Origin: a bacterium
Lineage (GTDB): Bacteria > Patescibacteriota > Minisyncoccia > Phycocordibacterales > Phycocordibacteraceae
Length of the DNA: 40,398 nucleotides
Direction of reading: 5' to 3'
Assembly: GCA_027311385.1 (NCBI GenBank)
Contig: DAICZA010000003.1
Span: 1-40,398, forward strand
Both the position numbers and the translations under genes were made by a program. The notes below the pieces were generated by a model. The model saw only the letters and a list, made by a program, of their open reading frames with translations. It was not told the DNA's origin and did no database searches. Positions 7,607-16,334 of this stretch are shown one piece after another (within the stretch, counting starts at the first letter, position 1; each line of letters opens with the position of its first letter).

Positions 7607-10018
7607 TTACTGAGCCGGTGCGGGCGCGGCCGCCGGCGTCGTCGGTGCCGGGCTGGCCGATGCGGGCGTTACCGAGAGGAGATTCGCCGGGAACGGATTC
7701 TTCCCCGCTTGGAGCTCGGCAAGCTGGGCGGCGACCGCCTTTGCGTTATCAGCCGACATATCCGAGATCGCCTGCACCTGTGTGATGGCATCCGGGAAAT
7801 TCTTCTGCTTCGCGTACACCGCCGCGAGGAAGTAGCGCGCGTTTGCGAATTGCGGATTCGCAGTGACCGCCGCGGAGAGCGCCGAGACGGCGTTCGCGAG
7901 GTCGTTCTGCGCCGCATACAGGATGCCGACCTGGAAGAGGATGTTCGGGTCGTTCGGCGTGAAGTACGCCGCGGCGAGTGCCGAGGTAAGCGCGTCTTTT
8001 ACGTTGCCGTCCTGCACCTCAAGCTGGGAGAGGAGGAAGATGGCGGCCGTATAGTCCTGCTTGAGCGCGATGGCGGCCTTCAGGTCGGCCTCGGCGGACT
8101 TGTTGTCCTTGTTCGCGATATCAAGCTGGGCGAGGACGTACGGTATCTGCGGATTCGTCGGATTGAGTTTCTGGGCACTGTCGTAGGCGGACTTCGCGCT
8201 GTCATAGGCGCCCTTCACGCCAAGCGGCACCGCCTGGGCGTAGAGATTACCGAGCGCAAGCCAGTTCTGGTAGTCGGACGGCATGAGGCGCGTCGCAGTC
8301 AGGGCCGCGTTGATACCAGTGGAGAGTGCCGTCTGGAACGCCTGCTGGGCGGCGGACGTTGGCATCGTTGACGATGCGACTATCTGGCTCAAACGCCCGG
8401 TGGCGACACCCGCTTCAATCTGATACGCGGCGGCGGTCGGTGCGAACGCGACGGAATTTTGCGCCGCCTGGTCGGCCTGGTCCAGGTTCCCCGCGGAGAA
8501 TGCCGCGCCGGCACTGGCGAGTTCCGCCGTGGCAATGGCGCGCCCGACGAGCGTATACGCGGCGACCACCGATGCGAGCAGAAGGATAGTCAGCGAGAAT
8601 ACGATGACGAAGCCGAGCCGCGGGCTCCGCGAGAAGATGACGCCCCATTGCTGGCTCCGCGCGGCGAAGCGCGTCGTGGACACGAAGAGACCGGCGAAGA
8701 CGAACGCGAGCACGAGGATGACCGCATTCGGCAGGTCAAAGACCGCGGTCGCGAAGAGGTAGAGCGCCGACACGAACGAGAGTATCGCGACGTAGCGGAC
8801 AAACGCGTCCTCCGGCGCGCGCAAGATAAGCATGCGCAAGCCGCACACGATGAACAGGAGGAGGAACGCAACCCACGCGAGCGCCCCCGCGAGACCGGTC
8901 GTCACGAGCGAGGTCGGGATGAAGCCGATGCCGGACGAGAAATCAATATTCCAGAACACGGTTGAGTTGAGCGATGCGTCGCGGTATTTGAGCCATTCTA
9001 CGCCGAACGTGCCCGGGCCGGATCCGAAGATCGGCGTGGTGGCGTAGGACTGGTGCGCAACCGAGAACGTTGACTGCCAGGAGGGACGGACATTCAGCAC
9101 ATTGACGTGGAGCGCATTCGCCAAAGCGCCGCCGAGCGTTCCGCCGATGAGGAAGAAGAGCGACACGGCAAGCACGAGGAGCGGCAGAACGAGCGAATGG
9201 CTGCCCTCGTCCGCCTCAGGCGTCGCGTCGCCAAGCATCGCCGCTTCATCTAGGTCGCCGTCGGCAGACTTGGGACCGCGCTGCATCACCGCCTCAACAA
9301 AGAGCCCGAGCGAGACGAGCGCAAGGAGCGTCCAGACGAGAGAGGAGTTGGCGATAGCGAGCAGGAACAGCGCCGCAATGCCGCTCGCGGCGAGCAGTTG
9401 GTACGCGCGGCGCGGCAATTGAAGGAACCGGAACGTGATGAGGACGCCGACGACGCCGAGCCCCATCAGGAACGCGAGGTCGTTAAACGAACCGACGAGC
9501 GAGAACGCGGGGGAAATGGTATTCGGCGCAAACTGCCCGATGATGACCACCAACACTTCAAGAAGCGCAGCGACGCCGAACACAAACGCACTGGTGCGCA
9601 GGAAAGAGCGGTAGTGTTCGGAACGGCGGAGGATGAATGCGGCGAGCGTACCGAGAACGGCCGCGACGAGCATAAAGCCGAACGTATCCGGTTCAAGCGC
9701 CGTTCCCCAAAACGTAGTGCCGAATGCCACGCCCGAGAACGATGCCGAGAGCGCGTAGGCGATAGCCGGCAGCCACAATGCGCCGACGAGCATAAACGGC
9801 GGGAGGATAATGTTCCCGCGCGCGAGCCGCGCGAGGATGTAGAGCGCAAGCGTGATGAGCGCGCCTGCAGCAAGCAGGAAGGTTTTCGTCGTGGAAAGTG
9901 GAATCGCCGAAGACGGGATGAAAAAGAACACGCCCACGATGAGTGTCACAAGAAGCGCCCACACACTTATGGTCTCAAGCGAACGTCGGCGCGAAGCCGT
10001 TGGTTGATACGGAGGCAT
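7607..10018 (-). CDS. O-antigen ligase (Wzy_C)-like polytopic membrane protein with C-terminal TPR repeats
   Basis: Many TM helices, PIFGSGPGTF motif, TPR-like repeats (WLALGNLY, LNPTNP, NARYFLAAVY). Confidence 0.7.
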   Translation of the reverse strand: MPPYQPTASRRRSLETISVWALLVTLIVGVFFFIPSSAIPLSTTKTFLLAAGALITLALYILARLARGNIILPPFMLVGALWLPAIAYALSASFSGVAFGTTFWGTALEPDTFGFMLVAAVLGTLAAFILRRSEHYRSFLRTSAFVFGVAALLEVLVVIIGQFAPNTISPAFSLVGSFNDLAFLMGLGVVGVLITFRFLQLPRRAYQLLAASGIAALFLLAIANSSLVWTLLALVSLGLFVEAVMQRGPKSADGDLDEAAMLGDATPEADEGSHSLVLPLLVLAVSLFFLIGGTLGGALANALHVNVLNVRPSWQSTFSVAHQSYATTPIFGSGPGTFGVEWLKYRDASLNSTVFWNIDFSSGIGFIPTSLVTTGLAGALAWVAFLLLFIVCGLRMLILRAPEDAFVRYVAILSFVSALYLFATAVFDLPNAVILVLAFVFAGLFVSTTRFAARSQQWGVIFSRSPRLGFVIVFSLTILLLASVVAAYTLVGRAIATAELASAGAAFSAGNLDQADQAAQNSVAFAPTAAAYQIEAGVATGRLSQIVASSTMPTSAAQQAFQTALSTGINAALTATRLMPSDYQNWLALGNLYAQAVPLGVKGAYDSAKSAYDSAQKLNPTNPQIPYVLAQLDIANKDNKSAEADLKAAIALKQDYTAAIFLLSQLEVQDGNVKDALTSALAAAYFTPNDPNILFQVGILYAAQNDLANAVSALSAAVTANPQFANARYFLAAVYAKQKNFPDAITQVQAISDMSADNAKAVAAQLAELQAGKNPFPANLLSVTPASASPAPTTPAAAPAPAQ

Positions 10019-10087
10019 GGTGAATGAAATTGATACTATTTATGGTAATGCCGTTCAGTATACTCCGCCGGTCTCCGGATAAGACGC

Positions 10088-10096
10088 TTATCCACA
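10088..10096 (+). promoter_or_regulatory. DnaA-box consensus, single copy
   Basis: TTATCCACA in an intergenic region. Confidence 0.35.
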
Positions 10097-10108
10097 CATT
10101 ACAACACG

Positions 10109-10177
10109 AGGTGTCACCTTACGTTTATCACATGTTTCTAGTTGTCCTATTGACTTCGTGAGGTGACACCTTACACT
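10109..10177 (+). promoter_or_regulatory. Two short palindromes and a sigma70-like promoter upstream of the RAYT-like gene
   Basis: aggtgtcacct (10109-10119) and aggtgacacct (10161-10171). TTGACT at 10150 and TACACT at 10172 flank the second palindrome. Confidence 0.55.
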
Positions 10178-10185
10178 TGCAGGAT

Positions 10186-10857
10186 ATGGCAAGGACAAAT
10201 GGGCCGTTTACTGCCGGTGAGTGGTACCACTGCTACAACCGCAGTATTGAGAAGCGCATTTCATTTGAGGATTCTCAGGATTACCAACGGTTTCTGGAGC
10301 TTCTCTATTTGGCAAATGACGAGTCGCCTCTCCGGCGCGGCGACATAGGCGCCCGCACCTTTAAGGAGGTTCTGGGTATCCCCCGCGGCAAGGCGCTTGT
10401 CGCCATCGGCGCGTTCTGCCTGATGCCGAACCGCTTTGACTTGGTGTTGCGCGAGGTCTCTGAGGGCGGCATCACCACATTTATGCGGAAGCTCGGGACA
10501 GCCTATACCCTCTACTTCAACGCACGGCACAAGCGGGTGGGCAACCTGTTCCTTAAACCCTTCCAGTCCAGCCACGTGCCTATGGGCCGTTCATTCCAGC
10601 ACATAGTCAGCTACATACACTCTAATCCGGCAATGCTCTATGAACCAAAATGGGAACGCAACCACGTCGTGGACCCTCAGTTCTTGGAAGAACGCTTGAT
10701 GGCATATCCGTATTCAAGCCTTGCCGCCCATACCGGCGCGCCGGCACCAACCCGCGCCATTCTGGACGCACAGGTGCTCTCTGCGGCGCGGGTGCTTCCC
10801 CTGCAGAAGATGTTGCAGGAGGCGCGGCAGTATGCCGCTGATTTCGAGACCCCGTAA
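10186..10857 (+). CDS. REP-associated tyrosine transposase-like (Y1/HUH) protein with mutated HUH motif
   Basis: WYHCYNR, AFCLMPN-RFD-L (normally HxH), YFNARHKRVGNLF, YIHSNP, YPYSS. Confidence 0.85.
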   Translation: MARTNGPFTAGEWYHCYNRSIEKRISFEDSQDYQRFLELLYLANDESPLRRGDIGARTFKEVLGIPRGKALVAIGAFCLMPNRFDLVLREVSEGGITTFMRKLGTAYTLYFNARHKRVGNLFLKPFQSSHVPMGRSFQHIVSYIHSNPAMLYEPKWERNHVVDPQFLEERLMAYPYSSLAAHTGAPAPTRAILDAQVLSAARVLPLQKMLQEARQYAADFETP

Positions 10858-10885
10858 GGGGGACGCTACGCGCTTTTATATTAAG

Positions 10886-10896
10886 TGTGGTATAAT
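10886..10896 (+). promoter_or_regulatory. Extended -10 promoter of rnpB
   Basis: TGTGGTATAAT, 6 nt upstream of the RNase P RNA start. Confidence 0.7.
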
Positions 10897-10902
10897 GAGC
10901 GC

Positions 10903-11241
10903 GGACCGGGCTGGGCGATCGCTCCGCAGGAAACTGCGGGGAGGAAAGTCCGAACATGCTCCCGCCGCAAGGCGGGAAATAGGTAGCGGGTAACGCCCGT
11001 CGTCCGCGAGGATAGAGGTGACCACAGAAACGTCAACGCCGAAAGGCCGCGAATTCCCTCGTGGAATAGGTCCGCCGCGAGGCGGAAATGCAACGAACAA
11101 ATCCTTACCCGCATGCAAGGCCGTGCCCGACTTCGGTCGGGAGTGCCGCTCGAGCCTGACGGCAACGTCGGGCCCAGATAAATGACCGCCTCGGCCCTCT
11201 TCATGAAGGTCCAGACAGAATTCGGCTTATCGGCCCGGTCC
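10903..11241 (+). ncRNA. rnpB: RNase P RNA
   Basis: GAGGAAAGTCC, CCAGATAAATGAC and ACAGAATTCGGCTTAT conserved blocks; terminal pairing ggaccgggc/gcccggtcc. Confidence 0.95.
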
Positions 11242-11247
11242 AACTTA

Positions 11248-11283
11248 ATGCGAAATCCCGCGCTCCTGCGCGGGATTTCGCAT
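11248..11283. terminator. Bidirectional terminator between rnpB and nrdJ
   Basis: atgcgaaatcccgcgc-tcct-gcgcgggatttcgcat, perfect 16-bp stem. Confidence 0.75.
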
Positions 11284-11294
11284 TTCCGGAATCA

Positions 11295-13676
11295 CTACAC
11301 TATCTCGCAGGTGCCGCCGGCGCACGCCAATTCCCTTTTCATGTCGCTCTCGTCCTGCCGTTCGTACGCGATGAGCTGGGAGTAATCCACCTTCGGGAAG
11401 CGCGCGAGGCGCTCCTCGTACTCCTCTTTCGTAATGGCTTCGTAGGGCGCGAGACGATACACATGATTGGAACGCGGGAGGAACGAGAGTCCACCGATGA
11501 TGTCCCAGTTTTTCTGAATCCAGTCCACGACGCCGATCCACTCATCCTCGCCCACTGAAACGGTCGCTGACGGGTTGTGATGCGTATAGTTGAGCTTCAC
11601 CATCTTCCAATACTCCAGCTGGTCAAGCGCCGTAAGGTCGTCCTTGAAACGCGCCTCCTTGGAGTGGTCGGGCGCCTTGACCGGGAATTCAAACACGAAC
11701 GTATTCGCCTCTTCCATAGACTGCCCTACCTCCGGGTAATACGGCACGCCCTGAGCGCGGAGCATCTTGAAGAGCGAGTCTGTTGCGCTGATGCGCACGC
11801 GGCGGATGTAGTACGGCGCGTGACGCGGGTGGATGCCGGAGGCGCAGTTAAATGTCTGCGAGACGGTGCCCGAGGGCTTCACCGCCGTGACCGACATAGA
11901 GCGTTCAATGCCGAATCGCTTCGCGTACGCCGCGTTTGTCTTGTCGGCCATATCGCGCATTTTGCGCATCACCTCGGCCCGGCGCACGACCGGAGAGTCC
12001 CACTGCCCCGTGATAGACACGCCGAGAAGCCGCTCTTTCTTATTGTGGTCAGTCCAGTCCTTGGAAATGTACTGGAAATTCGTAAGTGTGGATTGGTACG
12101 TGCCGATGAGAGCCGCAAGGCGCGCCTTCCGGAGGAGCGAAGCCTCGGTGTCGTGTGCGCGCGCGATGACTTCCGAGAGATTGCAGAACTGCTTGGACTG
12201 CAGGATGATTTCGGCGCACGGATTCGTGCCGACAGGACCGTGCGTCACGCCGTCCTCGCCGATGAACCCGATTGACTTGAAATAATCCACGCGACGTTTC
12301 GGCATCGTCTTTGCAAGCGAACCGCGGTTAAAGATGCCTCGCTCACCGCTCCCGCTCTTCATAAGCGCGACCCACTCGTCCATCAGCTCGGCGTTGGTCG
12401 GCTGGGTCTCATACACTGCTGAGTTATTGGCGACGGCGCGATGCGGGTCGGTCATATAGAACTGGCCCTTCTTAGCGTCGCGCATTTCCACGTCGTCCAG
12501 GTCGGAGAGCGATATCATCGCGGTGCGGCGCACGCCGCCGGCGACCACGCACTCGCCGATCTTGCAGATGACGTCGTGCGCATCAATGGCGCGCAGACGG
12601 CGCCCCTGGCGGCGCAGGACGCGCTCGCGTGCAAAGGCAAGCAGGGACTTGAGCGGTTCGGGGCCGCTCGCCTTCCCGCCCATCGTCTTCAGTCGCGCGC
12701 CTGCGGGGCGAATCTGCGAGAAATCAAACGTAATATCCTTGCCGGCGTACCACGTCGTGAGTCCGAGCGTGAGTGCATCGCACCAGCCCTCCTTGGAATC
12801 GGCAATGACGTGCGTCTCCAGTTTCTTCCCCGACTGCTTCATAATTTGCGGAAGCTGTTCCACATTCTGGCTCTCTACCGCAAAACCGACGCCGGCACCC
12901 TGCATAGACAGGTACATAATTTCAGCGAAGTCTTCCAGCTTGGTCGGCGCGGTAAACGTGCAGTTGTACGCGCACGTGTTACAGCGGCGCGCCGCCTCGC
13001 CCGAGAACTGCATCAAGCGCATTGAAGGCATCACTTCCTGCTTCAAGATACCCGTACGCACCTCGGAGTATTCTTTCTCGGTCAGTTTGTTGCCGAGGTT
13101 CTCGCGCATAAAACTGATGTAGCGGTCCACGGTCTCAATCCACGTCTCGCGGCGGCCCTCCTCCGGAATCCATTTCGCGTACGTGCGCAGGTAGACGAAC
13201 TCGCCGAGCGCGTTGCCGTCAAAATATTTCTTACTCTCCTCGGCGAGCTTCTTCACATGCGCCGGTATCTCCACGTGCGCGGCGCGCAGCTGCGCGCGCT
13301 TGTCGCGGTAAAGGATGTACGCCTTCGCCGTCTTCACGTAATCATTGAGAATGAGGTATTTCTCCACCGAATCCTGCATACCCTCAACCGTCGGGAGGAA
13401 ACTCTTGTACTTTTTAGAGAATCGCCCGAGCTCGCCGGAGACTTGGTGCGCAACGAGGACCGCATCTTCCTGGCCGCCTTCCCCCGCTTCCGCCATCGCC
13501 TTCTGCACGGCGGTGACAATCTTGTCAAAATCAAACGCGACGAGCCGACCGTCGCGTTTCTCCACTTGCGGAATCATTTCGCGGTATCGCAACGTCTCCT
13601 TTGAGACCGCCTGCTTTGCAACGGCAGTCGCGGTCGCGGTCTTCGTACGGGCGGAAACTTTTGCGGTTTTGGACAT
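11295..13676 (-). CDS. nrdJ: Class II (adenosylcobalamin-dependent) ribonucleotide reductase with N-terminal ATP cone
   Basis: VEKRDG ATP cone, RRETWIETVDR, VVAGGVRRTA, GTNPCAEI, VKPSGT, C-terminal CAGGTC. Confidence 0.88.
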   Translation of the reverse strand: MSKTAKVSARTKTATATAVAKQAVSKETLRYREMIPQVEKRDGRLVAFDFDKIVTAVQKAMAEAGEGGQEDAVLVAHQVSGELGRFSKKYKSFLPTVEGMQDSVEKYLILNDYVKTAKAYILYRDKRAQLRAAHVEIPAHVKKLAEESKKYFDGNALGEFVYLRTYAKWIPEEGRRETWIETVDRYISFMRENLGNKLTEKEYSEVRTGILKQEVMPSMRLMQFSGEAARRCNTCAYNCTFTAPTKLEDFAEIMYLSMQGAGVGFAVESQNVEQLPQIMKQSGKKLETHVIADSKEGWCDALTLGLTTWYAGKDITFDFSQIRPAGARLKTMGGKASGPEPLKSLLAFARERVLRRQGRRLRAIDAHDVICKIGECVVAGGVRRTAMISLSDLDDVEMRDAKKGQFYMTDPHRAVANNSAVYETQPTNAELMDEWVALMKSGSGERGIFNRGSLAKTMPKRRVDYFKSIGFIGEDGVTHGPVGTNPCAEIILQSKQFCNLSEVIARAHDTEASLLRKARLAALIGTYQSTLTNFQYISKDWTDHNKKERLLGVSITGQWDSPVVRRAEVMRKMRDMADKTNAAYAKRFGIERSMSVTAVKPSGTVSQTFNCASGIHPRHAPYYIRRVRISATDSLFKMLRAQGVPYYPEVGQSMEEANTFVFEFPVKAPDHSKEARFKDDLTALDQLEYWKMVKLNYTHHNPSATVSVGEDEWIGVVDWIQKNWDIIGGLSFLPRSNHVYRLAPYEAITKEEYEERLARFPKVDYSQLIAYERQDESDMKRELACAGGTCEIV

Positions 13677-13761
13677 AAGCGAGGCGGTTTAGTGAGTAAG
13701 AATAAATCGGCTTGTTCCTCCTAGTTTACCCCCGCGCAAGCAAAATGACCTGTGGACAGCG

Positions 13762-14232
13762 CTACTCTAAAACGGTTGGGAAATTTTTCAACAGAAGCGG
13801 CGTACCGGTCTTGATTGCGTGCGCGCGAGCAAACCCAGCCGCGGTCTCTAGGACATATCGCGCCGGCGCTGTCGGATAAAAGACATCAGGGAAGCTGGAG
13901 GTCGCGACGTCCGGGGCGATGTACACGACTTGTCCTTGAGCGTTGAGCCAGAACATATCCAACGGCACGAGCGTATCCTTCATCCAGAAGCCGTAATAAC
14001 CGTCTTTTGGGAAGACAAAGAGCATCCCGTAGTTGTCCGGGATGCTGGTACGGCCGCCGAGGCCTTTCTCCCGCGCGGCCTCTGTTGTCGCATAATCAAT
14101 GCTTAAGGACACGCCGCCAAATTCGGCGGTCGGCGGCGGCTCAGCCGGCGGCGCTGATGTCCGAAAGAAGAACAGGGCTGCCCCGCCCGCAATAGCGAGG
14201 ATGGCAAGCCAAAAATACGCGTTCCGCAGCAT
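13762..14232 (-). CDS. DUF192 family protein
   Basis: N-terminal TM; REKGLGGR, GMLFVF, FWMKDTLVPLD, RYVLE. Confidence 0.85.
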   Translation of the reverse strand: MLRNAYFWLAILAIAGGAALFFFRTSAPPAEPPPTAEFGGVSLSIDYATTEAAREKGLGGRTSIPDNYGMLFVFPKDGYYGFWMKDTLVPLDMFWLNAQGQVVYIAPDVATSSFPDVFYPTAPARYVLETAAGFARAHAIKTGTPLLLKNFPTVLE

Positions 14233-14315
14233 GGGTCGCACTGTAGCACGGCGCGTGGTAGATTACGGCCGGAAAGAAGCCCCCTAAATCAGCGCTACCA
14301 CCCTATGGAGACCGC

Positions 14316-14858
14316 ATGGACACCTATGAGATCCGCTTCCCAATCACGAATCAAAAACCGTACGACCAGGTATGCACCCTTCAAAATCAGGTCGCGCATT
14401 TCACTGCGGTTAACCCGCCGAACTTTGACACGCCCCCTTTTGTCACCTACATCCGACAAATACGGGGAGTCGATGACGTTGTCGCGGAAAAGCTCATAAA
14501 GAGCGTCGCCACACGAATGCGGCGGGCACCCATTGCCCTCCACGGTGTATTGCCGTCCAAGGAGCCGAACGTCGTCATCCTTCCGGCATTGGCGACACAG
14601 GGCGTCGCATCCCTGCTGAATGGAATTGCGGAAATTTTTTCGTTCCTGCCACACCAAGGCGGCGACACTGCCGCGGATAACATGCTGTACGTTCCCCTCA
14701 CCGCTGAATTATCGTCAGTATCCGATCGGACGCGGTCGCTCATCAGGGGAATCCTCGTTCCGCTCATAATCGCCCCTCTGACAATCATTGAGCTGTACCG
14801 GAAGCCGGTAGCAGGGGGAAAATACAAAAAGATTGCCTCTTTCCCTCTGCTGGAGTGA
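14316..14858 (+). CDS. Hypothetical protein, possibly a degenerate 2H-phosphoesterase fold
   Basis: 180-aa ORF with GGAG RBS and a downstream terminator. PPFVTY only loosely resembles PPHITL. Confidence 0.55.
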   Translation: MDTYEIRFPITNQKPYDQVCTLQNQVAHFTAVNPPNFDTPPFVTYIRQIRGVDDVVAEKLIKSVATRMRRAPIALHGVLPSKEPNVVILPALATQGVASLLNGIAEIFSFLPHQGGDTAADNMLYVPLTAELSSVSDRTRSLIRGILVPLIIAPLTIIELYRKPVAGGKYKKIASFPLLE

Positions 14859-14877
14859 GGCAGGCACACAAACGCAA

Positions 14878-14911
14878 GGCGCCGGGGAGGATTTCCCCCG
14901 GCGCTTTTTTT
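14878..14911 (+). terminator. Intrinsic terminator
   Basis: ggcgccgggg...ccccggcgc followed by a T run. Confidence 0.7.
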
Positions 14912-14930
14912 ATTTCACTACGTTCAAGAC

Positions 14931-15034
14931 TGCGGAGACGGAGAGATTCGGTCACGCATAATTCCCTGCTGGGAATTTGCGCGACCCCGCCTCGCGCCGA
15001 CCCCATTTCGGCTTCGGATTCCGATTTCCAATTT
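14931..15034 (-). repeat. Duplicated tRNA-Ser 3' end plus GGTCAC...GCGACCCC hairpin element
   Basis: cggagacggagagattcg (14933-14950) repeats the tRNA 3' end; stem-loop at 14950-14986. Confidence 0.65.
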
Positions 15035-15124
15035 TGGCGGAGGCGGAGAGATTCGAACTCTCGAGACCCTTTCGAGCCTGCCGCCTTTCCAAGGCGGTGG
15101 AATAAACCACTATCCGACGTCTCC
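15035..15124 (-). tRNA. tRNA-Ser(GGA)
   Basis: Anticodon arm ccgcc-TT-GGA-AA-ggcgg, long variable arm, GTTCGAATC, encoded CCA; one A-C mismatch in the acceptor stem. Confidence 0.92.
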
Positions 15125-15376
15125 ATTCCTATCATACTGCGCTATTATGCGTTTTTTCTCAAGCCAGCCAAGCGGATGTTTTAGAAACCATTCGCGTTTC
15201 TCGGCTGCAGACTTAGTTGGGAAAGATTCCGTATATATGATGACCCAAGGTCGATACGGTTTAGTGGAACGAGTAGAGCCGTAATTATGCATTGAAAGTC
15301 GTTCATCCACATCGCGTGATGATCCAATATAGTACCGGTGGAATTTTAGACTCCGAAGAATATATACAAAATGCAT
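15110..15376 (-). CDS. Small GIY-YIG nuclease (UPF0213-like)
   Basis: MHFVYILRS...YYIGSS...RLSMHN...TKPYRPW...AEKREWFLK; 3' end overlaps tRNA-Ser. Confidence 0.85.
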   Translation of the reverse strand: MHFVYILRSLKFHRYYIGSSRDVDERLSMHNYGSTRSTKPYRPWVIIYTESFPTKSAAEKREWFLKHPLGWLEKKRIIAQYDRNGDVG

Positions 15377-15392
15377 GGCATTCAGAATGTTA

Positions 15393-15414
15393 CCCCGAAG
15401 GGGCCCCTTTGGGG
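15393..15414. repeat. 22-bp palindrome, CCCCGAAGGGGCCCCTTNGGGG family, intergenic copy
   Basis: Related copies at 19665-19686 and 20333-20354. Confidence 0.65.
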
Positions 15415-15428
15415 TAGCAGAAAAACCT

Positions 15429-16334
15429 TTATGTTGCCTGCGGGGCAAGCAACGCTTTGATGCGGTCGGGAATGGGCGGATGGGTGGAAAACATTTTCTC
15501 TATCCAATTGCTCGAACCCTGCCCCTTCGCGCCGAACGGGTCGCCGATGAAGAGGTGCGCCGTGGCGAGATTCGCGCTCTTCATCGGCGCGGCGTAGTTC
15601 CCTATCTTCTGGAGCGCGGAGGCAAGCCCTTCCGGATAGCGGGTCAAGAGTGCGCCGGAAGCGTCGGCCAGATACTCGCGCCGGCGCGAGACGGCCAGCT
15701 CAATGAGCTTCGCGGCAAGCGGCGCGAGCACGATGCCGATGATGGCGAGCGCCATAATGAGCGCATTCCCATTGTCCCGGTTGCTGCTGCGCCCGCCGCC
15801 CCAAAACGACATCCGCAGGAAGATGTTTGCAACGAGCGCGACGAAGCCGGCGAGCACGACGGCGATGGTCATGAGCAGCATATCGCGGTTCTTCACGTGC
15901 GAGAGCTCGTGCGCGACGACGCCCTCCAGTTCCGGCCGCGTCATCATCGCGAGGAGTCCGGTCGTCGCGCACACGACCGCGTGGGTCTCGTCGCGGCCGG
16001 TCGCAAAGGCGTTCGGCGCCGGGTCGTCTATCACGTAGAGCTTCGGCTTCGGCAATCCCGCCGTGATGGCGAGATTCTCGGTCACCGTATAGAAATCAAA
16101 GAATTCCTCGCGCGAAGCCGGCCGCGCATGATTCAGGGAGAGCACGAGCGTATCGCTCGCCCAGTAGGCGTAGAAATTCGTCGCCACGGCAATGACCACC
16201 GCGATGTAGAGAATGGCGGGGTTGCCGTAGTACCAGGAAATCGCGTACCCGACCGCGATGACTACGACCAGGAAGCCGAAAATGAGCGCCCACGTCCGGC
16301 GGATATTGCTTGCGCGCTGGTCGTAGAGGTTCAT
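15429..16334 (-). CDS. htpX: Zinc metalloprotease HtpX (M48)
   Basis: PNAFATG, HELSH, SRRREYLAD, FSTHPP. Confidence 0.93.
   Translation of the reverse strand: MNLYDQRASNIRRTWALIFGFLVVVIAVGYAISWYYGNPAILYIAVVIAVATNFYAYWASDTLVLSLNHARPASREEFFDFYTVTENLAITAGLPKPKLYVIDDPAPNAFATGRDETHAVVCATTGLLAMMTRPELEGVVAHELSHVKNRDMLLMTIAVVLAGFVALVANIFLRMSFWGGGRSSNRDNGNALIMALAIIGIVLAPLAAKLIELAVSRRREYLADASGALLTRYPEGLASALQKIGNYAAPMKSANLATAHLFIGDPFGAKGQGSSNWIEKMFSTHPPIPDRIKALLAPQAT

Noticed and set aside
10088..10096. Replication origin
   Set aside because: A single DnaA box with no cluster, and no dnaA or dnaN nearby.
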